Origin: Histomonas meleagridis 2922-C6/04-290x
Lineage: Eukaryota; Protista; Parabasalia
Reading direction: 5' to 3'
Length of the DNA: 64,000 nucleotides
Assembly (NCBI GenBank): GCA_020184695.1
Contig: JAANOX010000237.1
Span: 62,001 to 126,000, forward strand
In this document: positions 35,047-45,393 of the stretch, one piece after another
Position numbering within the stretch: position 1 is the first letter of the stretch
Layout of the letters: each line of letters starts with the position of its first letter
The notes under the pieces: generated by a model
Databases searched by the model: none
What the model was told of the DNA's origin: nothing
What the model saw: the letters and a program-made list of their open reading frames with translations, nothing else
Made by a program: the position numbers and the translations under genes

Positions 35047-35685
35047 CTAAAAAGATGAAACAATTGGAATCATAAGGAACAAAACCTTCACTTGGAAAAC
35101 AATATTCACAAATCCCCAAATAGATGAGACAACATAAAATAATTTGCTGACCAAAGATCCGTATTTGAATGCAATTATTGTGTATCCAATTCCGACAACT
35201 CCAGTTCCCGGAATACCAATAAAAAGGAAAAAGAAGATGAATATAACAAAAAACTGCAATGTAACCAGTGCTGGATTCCGTTCGTTTTCACGCGCTGATT
35301 TGTAAAAAGGATAATATTGACAATAAAAAAGCATAAGAGGAGCCAAAAAGAGTGTGAAAAGAGACATAATAACTTCCCTCCAAGGAACTACCAAGTATGA
35401 TTGAATCATTCCAGAAAAACATTGTGAAATAAAAGATATTACTAAAAATAAAGAAAAAGAACAAAATGATATATATGCAAAATGTACTGCACCAAAGTGA
35501 TTTCGAGGAATCTCTTTTTGCGCATCATGATATATGATTGGGAAGAAAAAAGGAAAATTTGGTTTTTGATTACTTTGTTGACATACAGTATCCTCATGAA
35601 TTAAGGACTCATGCGGAACCATTGGATCAATTTTGGCATCAAATGGATTTGGAAGTAATGCTTTCTCTTCAATATTGTATTCCAT
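35047..35685 (-). CDS. SCAMP: SCAMP (secretory carrier membrane protein)-like
   Basis: PNFPFFFPIIYHDAQKEIP, four hydrophobic segments, YCQYYPFYKSAR. Confidence 0.75.
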   Translation of the reverse strand: MEYNIEEKALLPNPFDAKIDPMVPHESLIHEDTVCQQSNQKPNFPFFFPIIYHDAQKEIPRNHFGAVHFAYISFCSFSLFLVISFISQCFSGMIQSYLVVPWREVIMSLFTLFLAPLMLFYCQYYPFYKSARENERNPALVTLQFFVIFIFFFLFIGIPGTGVVGIGYTIIAFKYGSLVSKLFYVVSSIWGFVNIVFQVKVLFLMIPIVSSF

Positions 35686-36201
35686 TTGGTGTTTTGCCTA
35701 CAGGTTAGATGATAACTTTTTCAATGCATAACAGGTAGCAATTTTGAGAGCATTTCACTTCATTTTGAAATATCAAAATTTTAAGTAAGTTTTCAAATTT
35801 TACTAATTATAGTAGATAACTAATATTTGTATTACACACTAATATATTTGATGCTACGAGAGTGCCCCCAAGTATAAACCATCATTACAAATAAACATTT
35901 TTAATTTTCTACAATTTTCTCATAAGTTTTACAAAAGATTTCCATTGTATCATCTGTTGTTTTAAGGAAATCAGAAGTTTCAAACTTGATTTAAAATATT
36001 CATGTCTTACAGTATCTTTGTTTGATTTGGAATCGATTGTTCAATATTTTTATTAACAGATAACAATTGAATATTCAACAAAACACGTTAGCTAAAATAA
36101 AAAGAAGATGATTAGATTTGCGGTAATGCTTCCCATCAGTACAATCGGAAAGCTGGTTTTCCGCCTCCAAATTATTCAAAAGTTTACACTGCATACAAAA
36201 T

Positions 36202-37218
36202 ATGTTCAAATTTTTGGCACTTTTGTTAAACTTTAGTTTACCCATGGGATCATTCTCTGTGGTCGCATGGATTGCACTAAGTATTCTTTCTTCAACTTCT
36301 CTAATCTTACTCATGAAGCTTGTTAAAACTCGACTTACATGCAAATATACAATAACACTTTCAACATTTCATTTTTTGACAACTTGGATTGGTCTCGAAG
36401 TTTTGGCATGCATGGGTGCCATCAGGAGAACAACGTCTGTTCCTTTCTTCAAAAGAGTACTTCTAGCCTTTTTAGTTATGACATCAATTATTTCAATGAA
36501 TTTCAATCTTGGAAGCAATTCCATTGGATTCTATCAAATGTCCAAATTATGTTGTATTCCATACATGCTTATATGGAACACAATTAATGGCAAAGCTAAG
36601 TATACAGCTCGTGAAGTAATTTCATTAGCTATTTTACTCTTTGGTGTTGCATTATTTTCTGTATCAGATGTTGAAGTCAATCTTATTGGCACCATATATG
36701 CAATTATTGCTGTAGTATCAACTGCCCATAATCAAATGATGACTGGTGAACTTCAAAAGGAATACAAATTGAACGGCCCTGAGCTCCAACTTGCTGTCAT
36801 CCCATCGGAGTTTGCATTTGGCGTTATCTGTTCAGCATTTCTCGAAAACATCGGCGAGAACACGTTTATTTCAGCGTCATTCGACAAAACTGATGTTCTT
36901 CTTATCCTTGGCACGTGCGTATTTGCTGTTGGCGTCAACATTGCTACATTCGGACTAATCGGGAAAACATCGAGTGTTACATATCAAGTTGTTGGACATG
37001 CGAAAACAGTTCTTTTGTTAGTGTTCGGATATATCTTCTTCCCATCGAAGTGGGAATCAACAGCACAATGCGTCAGAGCAATATCGGGCATAGTAATTGC
37101 ACTCATCGGTGTGTTCTATTACACAAAGGTGAAATTGGATTTGGCAAGTCAAAGCCAAATGTTAAAAGAAGAAAAACAGCCATTCTTAGAAGAGGAAAAT
37201 AAAGAAAATAGAGCTTGA
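36202..37218 (+). CDS. Nucleotide-sugar/triose-phosphate transporter family protein (ATG may be 36244)
   Basis: TLSTFHF, SLGSNSIGFYQMSKL-type segment, TSSVTYQVVGHAKT. Confidence 0.88.
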   Translation: MFKFLALLLNFSLPMGSFSVVAWIALSILSSTSLILLMKLVKTRLTCKYTITLSTFHFLTTWIGLEVLACMGAIRRTTSVPFFKRVLLAFLVMTSIISMNFNLGSNSIGFYQMSKLCCIPYMLIWNTINGKAKYTAREVISLAILLFGVALFSVSDVEVNLIGTIYAIIAVVSTAHNQMMTGELQKEYKLNGPELQLAVIPSEFAFGVICSAFLENIGENTFISASFDKTDVLLILGTCVFAVGVNIATFGLIGKTSSVTYQVVGHAKTVLLLVFGYIFFPSKWESTAQCVRAISGIVIALIGVFYYTKVKLDLASQSQMLKEEKQPFLEEENKENRA

Positions 37219-37649
37219 AATTTATAATAGTATGCGAGATAAGACATTTAATAAAACTTTTATCAGACTTATGAATTTGTTTCATTGTTTTTTTCTTTGT
37301 ATGTTTCATGATACATAAAAGTAATATAACCTTCAAATCCAATTCATAGTTTTAACAAATAAATCCGAAATAAGACTATTCGTGGATATTTATATATTAA
37401 AAATAATAATATTATGTTTAGTTAGGTATCAAATGGAATTTTTTCCTTGTATTCCTTTGTTGTTTTTCGAATAGCAGAAGATTAAGTAATTTATTCAAAA
37501 TCTATCAAAGAAGTATTCATACTTTTTAACATTAATAAATGCACATACAAATATATGTTAAAATGTACAGATACACTGTATATATATATGGAAACACAAA
37601 ATTTTAATTTCCTCTAAAATATATTTATTCACAAACATGCAACAGTGTA

Positions 37650-38948
37650 CTAATTATTTTCATTTGGAAATGCCCTTGTTTCGATAACAGCTCCAATCGG
37701 CATATGGCACGATGGCCACTGAGCGTTTGGTGCAGTGTAATGATACTTCAGCGCTTCGTCTTTTGATGGCAGTGTTAAGTGTCCGATTGGACTTAACATA
37801 TTCGTGATGAATATATAATCGTTGACAGCAAATTCTTCGTTATCCCATTTCGTGAATTCTACATCACCATAATGTTCATCATACGCATTTCTATATGTTC
37901 TTTTAAGTGTAAATTTGTTGTTTGGATCTTTTCCATGTTTGAGTAATATGTCTTCATCAGAATTCGGTTCGAATCCAAGACTTCCACAAAAGATAACTTG
38001 GCTTTGCAGTGAGTCAATATGTTCAGCAATCATATAAACTTGAGATAATAATACTTCAGGTTCATATTTACAATTATGTAATCCTGCATTAACTAAAATA
38101 TAAGATTTTGTTTGATAACGAATATAAGAGATTTGAAATACATCATCATTAGAAATAAGTTGAAGCTTTGATATGTTTTCATTTTCGGGTAAATCAGAGA
38201 ATGAAACAGATACATTGTTTTCAATAACAGCTCTGGATTTTAAGTAAAAAGTGGCAACGCCTGTTCGGGGTGCTCCATATTTTCTGGGGCGGTTTGCAAA
38301 AGACGATACATAACCGTAGCCGATGGTCCTCATTTGATCTGATATAAAAGAAAGTTGTTCCTCTTCAATGTCTTGAACACACAATAAGCTGGGCTTTAGA
38401 TTAGTGATATTATTAAGAAATGACTGTGCTCGATGCTCCCATTTGAGATAACGTGACGGACATTTTGGAAAATTACTTGGAATTGCATATTGCTGAGCTG
38501 TTATATTCCATGAAATAATGGAAATTGAACTTGCTGTTGTGGTCCATTTCATTTGTGGTGATTGTGCAGAAGCTTGATTGTATTTCCGAAGTTCAATCAA
38601 GGCTTGCATTTGCGTTTTATATTCAATATTATTGCCACTAAACAAAAGGGTTTTGAGTTTTAAACATTGTGAAAGTTCTGGAGGTAGAAATGTTAAACAA
38701 TTGTCTCTAATATCAAGAACTTCTAAGTCTACACATAATCCAATTTCTGATGGTAACCATGTCAAGTTCAATCCATGCATATCTAAACAAATAACGTGCT
38801 TTATTACTTCAAAAGTCAAACGGGAATTTGTATTATTAGGCCAAGAAAGAAATCTTAAGTTTGTTTTCCCATTTACTTTTTCTTGCATCTTTTTCACTTC
38901 ATAATCACTTGAAATTGGTGTTATAAATGTTTGATTTGTATTTCTCAT
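37650..38948 (-). CDS. CCR4-like LRR plus endonuclease/exonuclease/phosphatase protein
   Basis: LRRs LTWLPSEIG/LTFLPPELS; SWNIT, LCVQDIE, GSLGFEP, NDYIF, WPSCHMPI; first ATG 38948. Confidence 0.8.
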   Translation of the reverse strand: MRNTNQTFITPISSDYEVKKMQEKVNGKTNLRFLSWPNNTNSRLTFEVIKHVICLDMHGLNLTWLPSEIGLCVDLEVLDIRDNCLTFLPPELSQCLKLKTLLFSGNNIEYKTQMQALIELRKYNQASAQSPQMKWTTTASSISIISWNITAQQYAIPSNFPKCPSRYLKWEHRAQSFLNNITNLKPSLLCVQDIEEEQLSFISDQMRTIGYGYVSSFANRPRKYGAPRTGVATFYLKSRAVIENNVSVSFSDLPENENISKLQLISNDDVFQISYIRYQTKSYILVNAGLHNCKYEPEVLLSQVYMIAEHIDSLQSQVIFCGSLGFEPNSDEDILLKHGKDPNNKFTLKRTYRNAYDEHYGDVEFTKWDNEEFAVNDYIFITNMLSPIGHLTLPSKDEALKYHYTAPNAQWPSCHMPIGAVIETRAFPNENN

Positions 38949-39119
38949 TACGTTTAGCAACTTTCTAAGCAGAACGACTTTCGATGGAAGCTGTGAACTC
39001 AACTGGCCATTCAATTTCTGAGTAAATAATTTAAAAAGTGAATGATGAGACAATTGATCGTCGTGAATGCAATAGGAAAGTGTCAAGTGCGTTTTTGAGG
39101 TTTTTTGTACAATAAACGT

Positions 39120-39900
39120 AATTTTTGTTTTTTTTATTAAGATTTAATTTTTATAATTTTTTATTTCAAAATAATATTTGGAAAATATTTAAATTATTAA
39201 TCCAGCATATGGATGCATCTAAAAATGGACATACTGAAATTGCTTCTTGAACAAAAAAGAATTCATAAAATTTTGTAGAAATTTATTATAGGAATTTGAT
39301 ATTATTTTAGCAGGTTTTATGTTTCAATATAATACCAGGAAATCATGAAAATTTTTTGAAATCGCATTTATGTTTGCTGTTGAATATGATCATATAGATA
39401 TAGTTAAATTACAAATTACTTCTTGAACAGAGAGGAATTGATATTAATGCTAAAAATATTTATTTCATTTGATATACATTCTAATAATATGGAATTTCAA
39501 GATAATATTTGGAAATTATCCAAAATATCTAAAAAAGCGCTTATTTTATCATCTGAAAAATGTCATATAGTGATTGTCCAATTGCTTCCAGCAGAAGGAA
39601 TTGATGTTAATATCAAAGATATTTACTTATGTCTCATAAAATCTGTTCTAATAATTCGATAGTACAAAATTATATTTGAAAATTATAAAATTATTTAAAA
39701 TCGCACTAATGTAAGCTGAAAGAGGTAATATAAATATCTTCAAATTACTTTTTGATCAAAAAGGAAATGAATTAATTGACAAAGATATTTGTTTGTTTTA
39801 TTAATAATTTGTTTATTAAAATTCTGATTTCATTATTATTTTCTAGTTTCTTCAAATTAAATATACTGCACTTAGTTATATTATCTTAAAAATTATATAG
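39120..39900 (+). pseudogene. Ankyrin-repeat pseudogene relic with decayed 17-nt spacer clusters
   Basis: Segments LLLEQRGIDINAKN and AEGIDVNIKD; cluster 39621-39696 parses 17/AAA/17/GAT/17/GAA/16; in-frame TAA 39712-39714; TAG in a micro-exon slot at 39844. Confidence 0.75.
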
Positions 39901-40044
39901 AAATCATAAAGTTACAACATCTGAAAAATCTTAAGCATTACATTTTTGTGTGATGAATTTAAAGCTAATTCTAAATAAAATTTTTTGCCTTTAATATACT
40001 TAGAATTAATAATTTCATGAAATTTTATTTATGTAATAAAGTCC

Positions 40045-41400
40045 TTAATCAATTACATTTGTATCTTCAGCAACACATGTAAATCCTTCGAAAGCTTCCT
40101 GTGTTTCTGTTGGTACCAAATCAGGGTCTTCTAATGACACTCCTGTTGGTTCCTGTGTAAATTCTTTATCAAAGTTTGACGTATCAGTCTGATAATAAAT
40201 TGTTGGCTTCCACATTGGTTTAACTCTTTTATGTAGAACGTCATCCCAACTTATATCCTGGAAGAATGGATGTCTTTTGATTTCTTCTGCATCATCTGGT
40301 CCAGCTCCCAATCTTTTCAATGGGTTTTTCTCTAATAACTTACTGATTAAATCCACCACTTCTTTACTAAGGTAATCTGGACACTTTACAGGTTTGTTAA
40401 TTATATTTTGTTGAACTCTTTCTGGGTTTCGATTAAAGAATGGTGGTTCTCCAGTAAGAAGCTCATACATGAAAACTCCAAGTTCCCACCAATCTACACT
40501 TCGAGTATATGGTTGCATACGACAAATTTCTGGTGCTAAATATATTGGCGTCCCACAAAATGTAGTTGTAGTATCTGTAAAAGTTTTCATGTTGGGTTTA
40601 GCAAAGCCAAAATCTGTAATTTTTATATGTCCATCTTCATCTATCAGAATATTCTCTGGTTTAATGTCGCGATAAATTACACCATTCTTGTGAAGATGTT
40701 CAAGTCCAAGAATGACTTCTGTAACATAAAATTTTGTGCGTCGTTCAGAAAAGCAATTCTCTTTTCGTAATCGTTCGAAAAGTTCACCACCAGGAACATA
40801 GTCTAGAACAATAAAAATCTTTGAATCTGTTTGGAATGCGTAATGTGCTGAAACTAAGAAAGGATGATTGTTTTGAATAAGAACTTGACGTTCATTAAGA
40901 ATCTGATCAACATAATTGTATTGTACAAGTTTGGCTTTGCTCATTGATTTTAGAGCGTATAACTTATTGTTACGCTTGAACCTTACAAGTGAGACTTTCC
41001 CAAAATAACCACGACCTATGACTTTAATGATTTCAAAATCATTAAGAGTAACTGGAATTTTGTTTTCTTGGGATATGGTTTCATTTATGATGGCATTGAT
41101 TTTGTCTACCCAGTCATTACGTTCATTTTTTGTTTTAACTTGATATGAAATTGATTGTGAGCCATTTGTTATTGTAAAACAATAAGGTCTACGATGAACT
41201 GAAAATGTTTTTATTTGGCAAAACTTATCAATTGGTATTCGAAAATTTTCTTTTCCTATTTTTTGGGAATATTCAATAAAATTGTTTTCTGAGATAACGC
41301 AATATAATCTTTTCCAGAACTTAAAAACACCACGAGGTGCATGTAAGTATCCTGAGTACTGTATGTTTTCTCCCATTTTTTGTTGTGAATTCATGTTCAT
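40045..41400 (-). CDS. PH-domain AGC kinase (Akt/PKB-like)
   Basis: N-terminal PH, GRGYFGKV, YRDIKPEN, DFG, TFCGTP, C-terminal FEGFT hydrophobic motif. Confidence 0.93.
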   Translation of the reverse strand: MNMNSQQKMGENIQYSGYLHAPRGVFKFWKRLYCVISENNFIEYSQKIGKENFRIPIDKFCQIKTFSVHRRPYCFTITNGSQSISYQVKTKNERNDWVDKINAIINETISQENKIPVTLNDFEIIKVIGRGYFGKVSLVRFKRNNKLYALKSMSKAKLVQYNYVDQILNERQVLIQNNHPFLVSAHYAFQTDSKIFIVLDYVPGGELFERLRKENCFSERRTKFYVTEVILGLEHLHKNGVIYRDIKPENILIDEDGHIKITDFGFAKPNMKTFTDTTTTFCGTPIYLAPEICRMQPYTRSVDWWELGVFMYELLTGEPPFFNRNPERVQQNIINKPVKCPDYLSKEVVDLISKLLEKNPLKRLGAGPDDAEEIKRHPFFQDISWDDVLHKRVKPMWKPTIYYQTDTSNFDKEFTQEPTGVSLEDPDLVPTETQEAFEGFTCVAEDTNVID

Positions 41401-41896
41401 CTACCTGAAACACCCAGAAAAAGTTAACTTTGAATTCAGCAGGTTTTTTTCTATTCAATTGCGGAAATTATTCATACAAAAAGTATAATTAAATGCTTTA
41501 TTTCACTTTTGATGAATTCCCAGATTTCACATAATATTGGAAGATACAGATTAACAACTTATAAAATTTTAAATAACAAAGATATAAACCAGTTTTTAAT
41601 CACATAAAATATCAATGAATTTGTTTTTTACAATATTAAAATGTTTTGAGTATTTTGAAATATTTTTCTCATTTAAAAAAAATTGATTAAAATAGAATAG
41701 TGCTATAATCATACAAAAGATTGATTTGTGACATGTCTAATGAAGATTTTCCATAAAAATTGATTATTGTCTCATGAATGTTATCAAGACTTCAAATTCA
41801 TAAAATCCGTACGTTATATAACTTCACTTTATGCGTTTATGAAGCCGTTTATTTCTGCCCATCAACGGTTAAATCTTAAAATTTTCCAAACACCAA

Positions 41897-44451
41897 ATGA
41901 ACATCCCATCTGATAAACAAAATTTTGTTCCTGAGAATCATGATGAAGAGGAACATAATCACGAAAGTGAAGATACACCCGAAATTCAAAATTTTATTTT
42001 AGATAATCATCATGAGGAATCAGTTCATGAAAATGAACCAATAACAATATCACAAGATGCTTCAGAAAATGCTAATAAAAATAAACATAATATTGAAGAA
42101 CAAAACAATGATAATGATGAAGCTAACAAAGAAAAATCAAACACCAAAGAAGAAAGTGTTAATGAAAATGAATTTATAGATACAGTAGAAAATTGTAATT
42201 CAGATGATCATGACGAAGAAGAAACAAATAATGAAAACAAGTTATCTAATGAAGAAGAAGATACTTCAAATGAGGAAGAATCGATTGATGAATATCCACT
42301 TTATGAAGAAGAGAATATACAAAATTTACAAACAATTGAACAAATTATATTTGATGTTAATGAAGAAAACCACGAGTATTCAGCAGAACGATTAACTGAA
42401 ATGTTTGACGAAGCATATCCATTTTCATTTACGCTTGTAACATGTCAACTTCTTTATTCATTATTTATATCCAATTCGAAAAACACAAATTTATATTTAA
42501 CATTTTTAAAAGAAGTTGAAACCAAATTACCTGCGAATCATAAAATAATTCAAATATTTTATTTATTTTTACTTAGTTTGGAATCAAAAGAATCGGATTA
42601 TATCTTAGAGATGATGGTAGAAAACAAGTTAATTGAACCATATTTCACAAAAGAAAAATATATGATATATTTTTCACACCATATGAAAGAAGAAGATTTA
42701 GAACTTTTATGTAAAAATTTTTATGGATATTTTGGAAATACGCAATTTGGCAAAAAGTTTTTACATGATCTTAATAAATTAAAAGAAGATAATTGGAAAT
42801 TACATAAGGAATATATTCATGATGGAGCTAATACACATGAAATTGCTTATGCACTTAGGAACGATGATATCAGTAAGTTTCAAGAAATTGCTACACAAGC
42901 AAATTTCAATTTTAATCAAACAATTGAACCATCACTCTATGAAAGATGTGATTTCATTAATAATGATGAAATTACATTAATTCAATATTGCGCATTTTTT
43001 GGCTCTATTAAATGTTTTAGATTTATGTTATTAAATGAAGTTAATTTAAAAAAAGTTGGAAAATATGTTGTTGCTGGTGGAAATCTTGAGATATTTCATC
43101 TTTGTGAACAAAATAATGTTCCTTTTGTCGATTCATATGAAGCTGCTATTGAGTTTCATCGAAATGAATTATTTTTATATTTATATGAAAATAAAATTAT
43201 CACAAAATTCGATTTAAAAGAATTAGGTAATAAATGTATCGAATGTAATAATTATAAAATCCTTATATTTTTGGAAGAAAAGAAAATGAAAATAGATGAA
43301 TCAATGATTATAAAAGCTGCAAAACTTGGAAATATATTTCTTGTGAAACATTTTATTAATAGAATTAAAATGCCAAAAAATATTTTAATTTATGCAAATC
43401 AATCGAAAAATATCGAATTAATAAAATATATTCTTGATAATAATGAGATTGATATAAATGCAAAAGATATATATTTGTTATATAAGATGTTTTATTTAGT
43501 ATTCTTTTGTTTTTTTGTTGTTTTTGGAATTTGTTTTTATGTTTTACAACTGCTTTAATTAATGCATGCGAAAATAATAACATCGAAATTGTTAAATTAC
43601 TTCTTGAAAAAGAAGAAATTGATCTGAATTCTTTGGATATTTATTAAGAAAATTTGATATATTTTTTAATGATTTGCAATTTGATTTTAAATTTTGGAAT
43701 TTTTTTATATGTTTTAATACTGCTTTTATTAAAGCATGTGAAAAAGGTCATTTGGATATTGTTATTTTACTTCTTCAACAAAAAGGAATTGATATTTTTA
43801 TTAGAAATGAAATATATTTTTTAATTTCATAGTTTATATTTTATATTTGGAATTTGTTTAAATTATTTTGTGACGCTTTTATGTGTGCTTGTATGAATGG
43901 AAATAATGAAATTGTACGAATACTTCTTGAAAAAGGAGATATTGATATAAATGCAGGCGATGTTTTATGGTTTTAATTGATATTTATTTATGTTATTTGT
44001 AGTCTGAATGTATTTTTTGGAATTTATTCAAAATATTTGATACAGTTCTTATGTATACATCGAAAAATGGAAATGTAGACATTGTTCAAACTCTTCTAAA
44101 CCAAAAAGATATAGAAATAAATAAACAAAATGTTATTATGTTTTACTTAATGTTAATTTTGATTATTTAATGTTTTAATTATATTTTTGGAGTATTTTAT
44201 AATGTTTCATATCAGCTTTAATGTTTGCTTGTGAATTCGGACATATTGAAATAGTAAAATTACTTCTTAAACAAGAAAGCATTGATGTTAACATTAAAGA
44301 TATTTAATAATCTTGTAGAATGTTTGATAAAATTCATTTTTCGTTTGATTATAATATTTGGTGTTTAATACAAAATTTTCGAACTGCTCTTATTCTAGCA
44401 CAAGAATATGCACAGAAAGATATTATAGAATTATTTAATGAAAAAGAATAA
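41897..44451 (+). CDS. DUF3447-type ankyrin-repeat gene (locus 3) with acidic N-terminus and six spacer-split hairpins
   Basis: ORF 41897-43558 plus six ankyrin segments ending ...DIIELFNEKE TAA 44449-44451 after spacer removal. Confidence 0.85.
43469..44379 (+). other. Six clusters of 17-nt spacers with single-codon micro-exons (23 spacers)
   Basis: Clusters 43469-43545, 43639-43715, 43812-43868, 43962-44038, 44132-44208, 44302-44379; loops D-D-F-G-T, D-D-A-G-N, N-E-I-G-C, D-D-V-G-D, N-N-N-G-I, D-N-F-G-R. Confidence 0.9.
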
Positions 44452-44764
44452 AAACTATTTTTTGTTATTTAATATTAAGCCGTTTTTAAGATTAAATTGT
44501 GAATATGTACACAAGCATGAATAAAATTGTTTAACATCTTTTGAGTATTAAATTAAAAAGTTTGATCAAACAATGAAAATTGTTTAGTTCCATTCTTGAA
44601 AAACTTCGAAAAGACACATTTTATTTTCAATTTTTTTTTTCTTTAGCTTGTTGTAAACATGAACAACGAATACGAATTCGAATTACAAATTTGTAACACG
44701 ATTAAAGGTGATGTGAACGTTAAATTCTTAACGGTTTTGTATCTTCGGCCAATTTTCCAAAAAA

Positions 44765-45067
44765 ATGCTTTCATTCGTGAATAAAAGTCACAACTTATCA
44801 TTTTTAAGATTTTTCGCAAAGTCAGTAAAAGATCTTGAAGATGGTATTAAAAAGGTAATTGATGAACAAATAAGACCAGTTCTTAAGATGGATGGTGGTG
44901 ATATTCAGTTTGACGGAATTGACAAAGATGGTGTTGTCAGTGTTACGCTGCTTGGTCATTGCTCTGGATGCCCATCAAAACGTGTGACATTACATAATGG
45001 AATTTTACTTTGTCTTCAAGAGGAATTCCCAGAAGTCACAAACATCAAGGAAACAATGACTGAGTAG
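44765..45067 (+). CDS. NFU: NifU C-terminal/NFU Fe-S protein with hydrogenosomal-type presequence
   Basis: IRPVLKMDGGDI...LLGHCSGCPS; N-terminus MLSFVNKSHNLSFLRFF. Confidence 0.9.
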   Translation: MLSFVNKSHNLSFLRFFAKSVKDLEDGIKKVIDEQIRPVLKMDGGDIQFDGIDKDGVVSVTLLGHCSGCPSKRVTLHNGILLCLQEEFPEVTNIKETMTE

Positions 45068-45274
45068 AATTTCTGGTATAATTTCTCTTAATAAAGGATG
45101 CATTTAATTATGATTTTCTAAAATCACATTAAGTTTTTTATTGGCTATAACCAATTTGCTTTCAATGATGGTTTTGTGTTTTTCCTTTCGATTCATTGGT
45201 TAGAGTTTCATATTTTTTTAATTCCTTTCATTTCATTATTTATTTTATTTTATTAACAATTTTTTGTTTTCAGT

Positions 45275-45356
45275 GGCACGATGGCCGAGTGGTTAAGGCG
45301 TGGGATTTGAGTCCCCATGGGTTTATCCCTCATCAGTTCGAATCTGGTTCGTGTCG
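45275..45356 (+). tRNA. trnS-TGA: tRNA-Ser (anticodon TGA), long variable arm, followed by an oligo-T terminator
   Basis: Acceptor GGCACGA/TCGTGTC plus G73, D arm GCCGAGTGGTTAAGGC, loop TTTGAGT, TTCGAAT. Confidence 0.9.
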
Positions 45357-45393
45357 TTTTTTTATTTTTTATTTCAGAAACTGGTTAGAGAGC

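Noticed and set aside
30632-44451. Stop-codon reassignment as the explanation for broken ankyrin ORFs
   Set aside because: Inserts shift frame (77 mod 3 = 2), and all other genes end normally at TAA, TAG or TGA.
45300-45320. UGA-suppressor or selenocysteine tRNA
   Set aside because: Anticodon TGA reads TCA (Ser); a UGA reader would need anticodon TCA.
45196-45393. N-terminal extension of the Man1/Src1-like ORF
   Set aside because: Starts at TTG and runs through the tRNA gene and T-tracts; ATG 45394 is more plausible.
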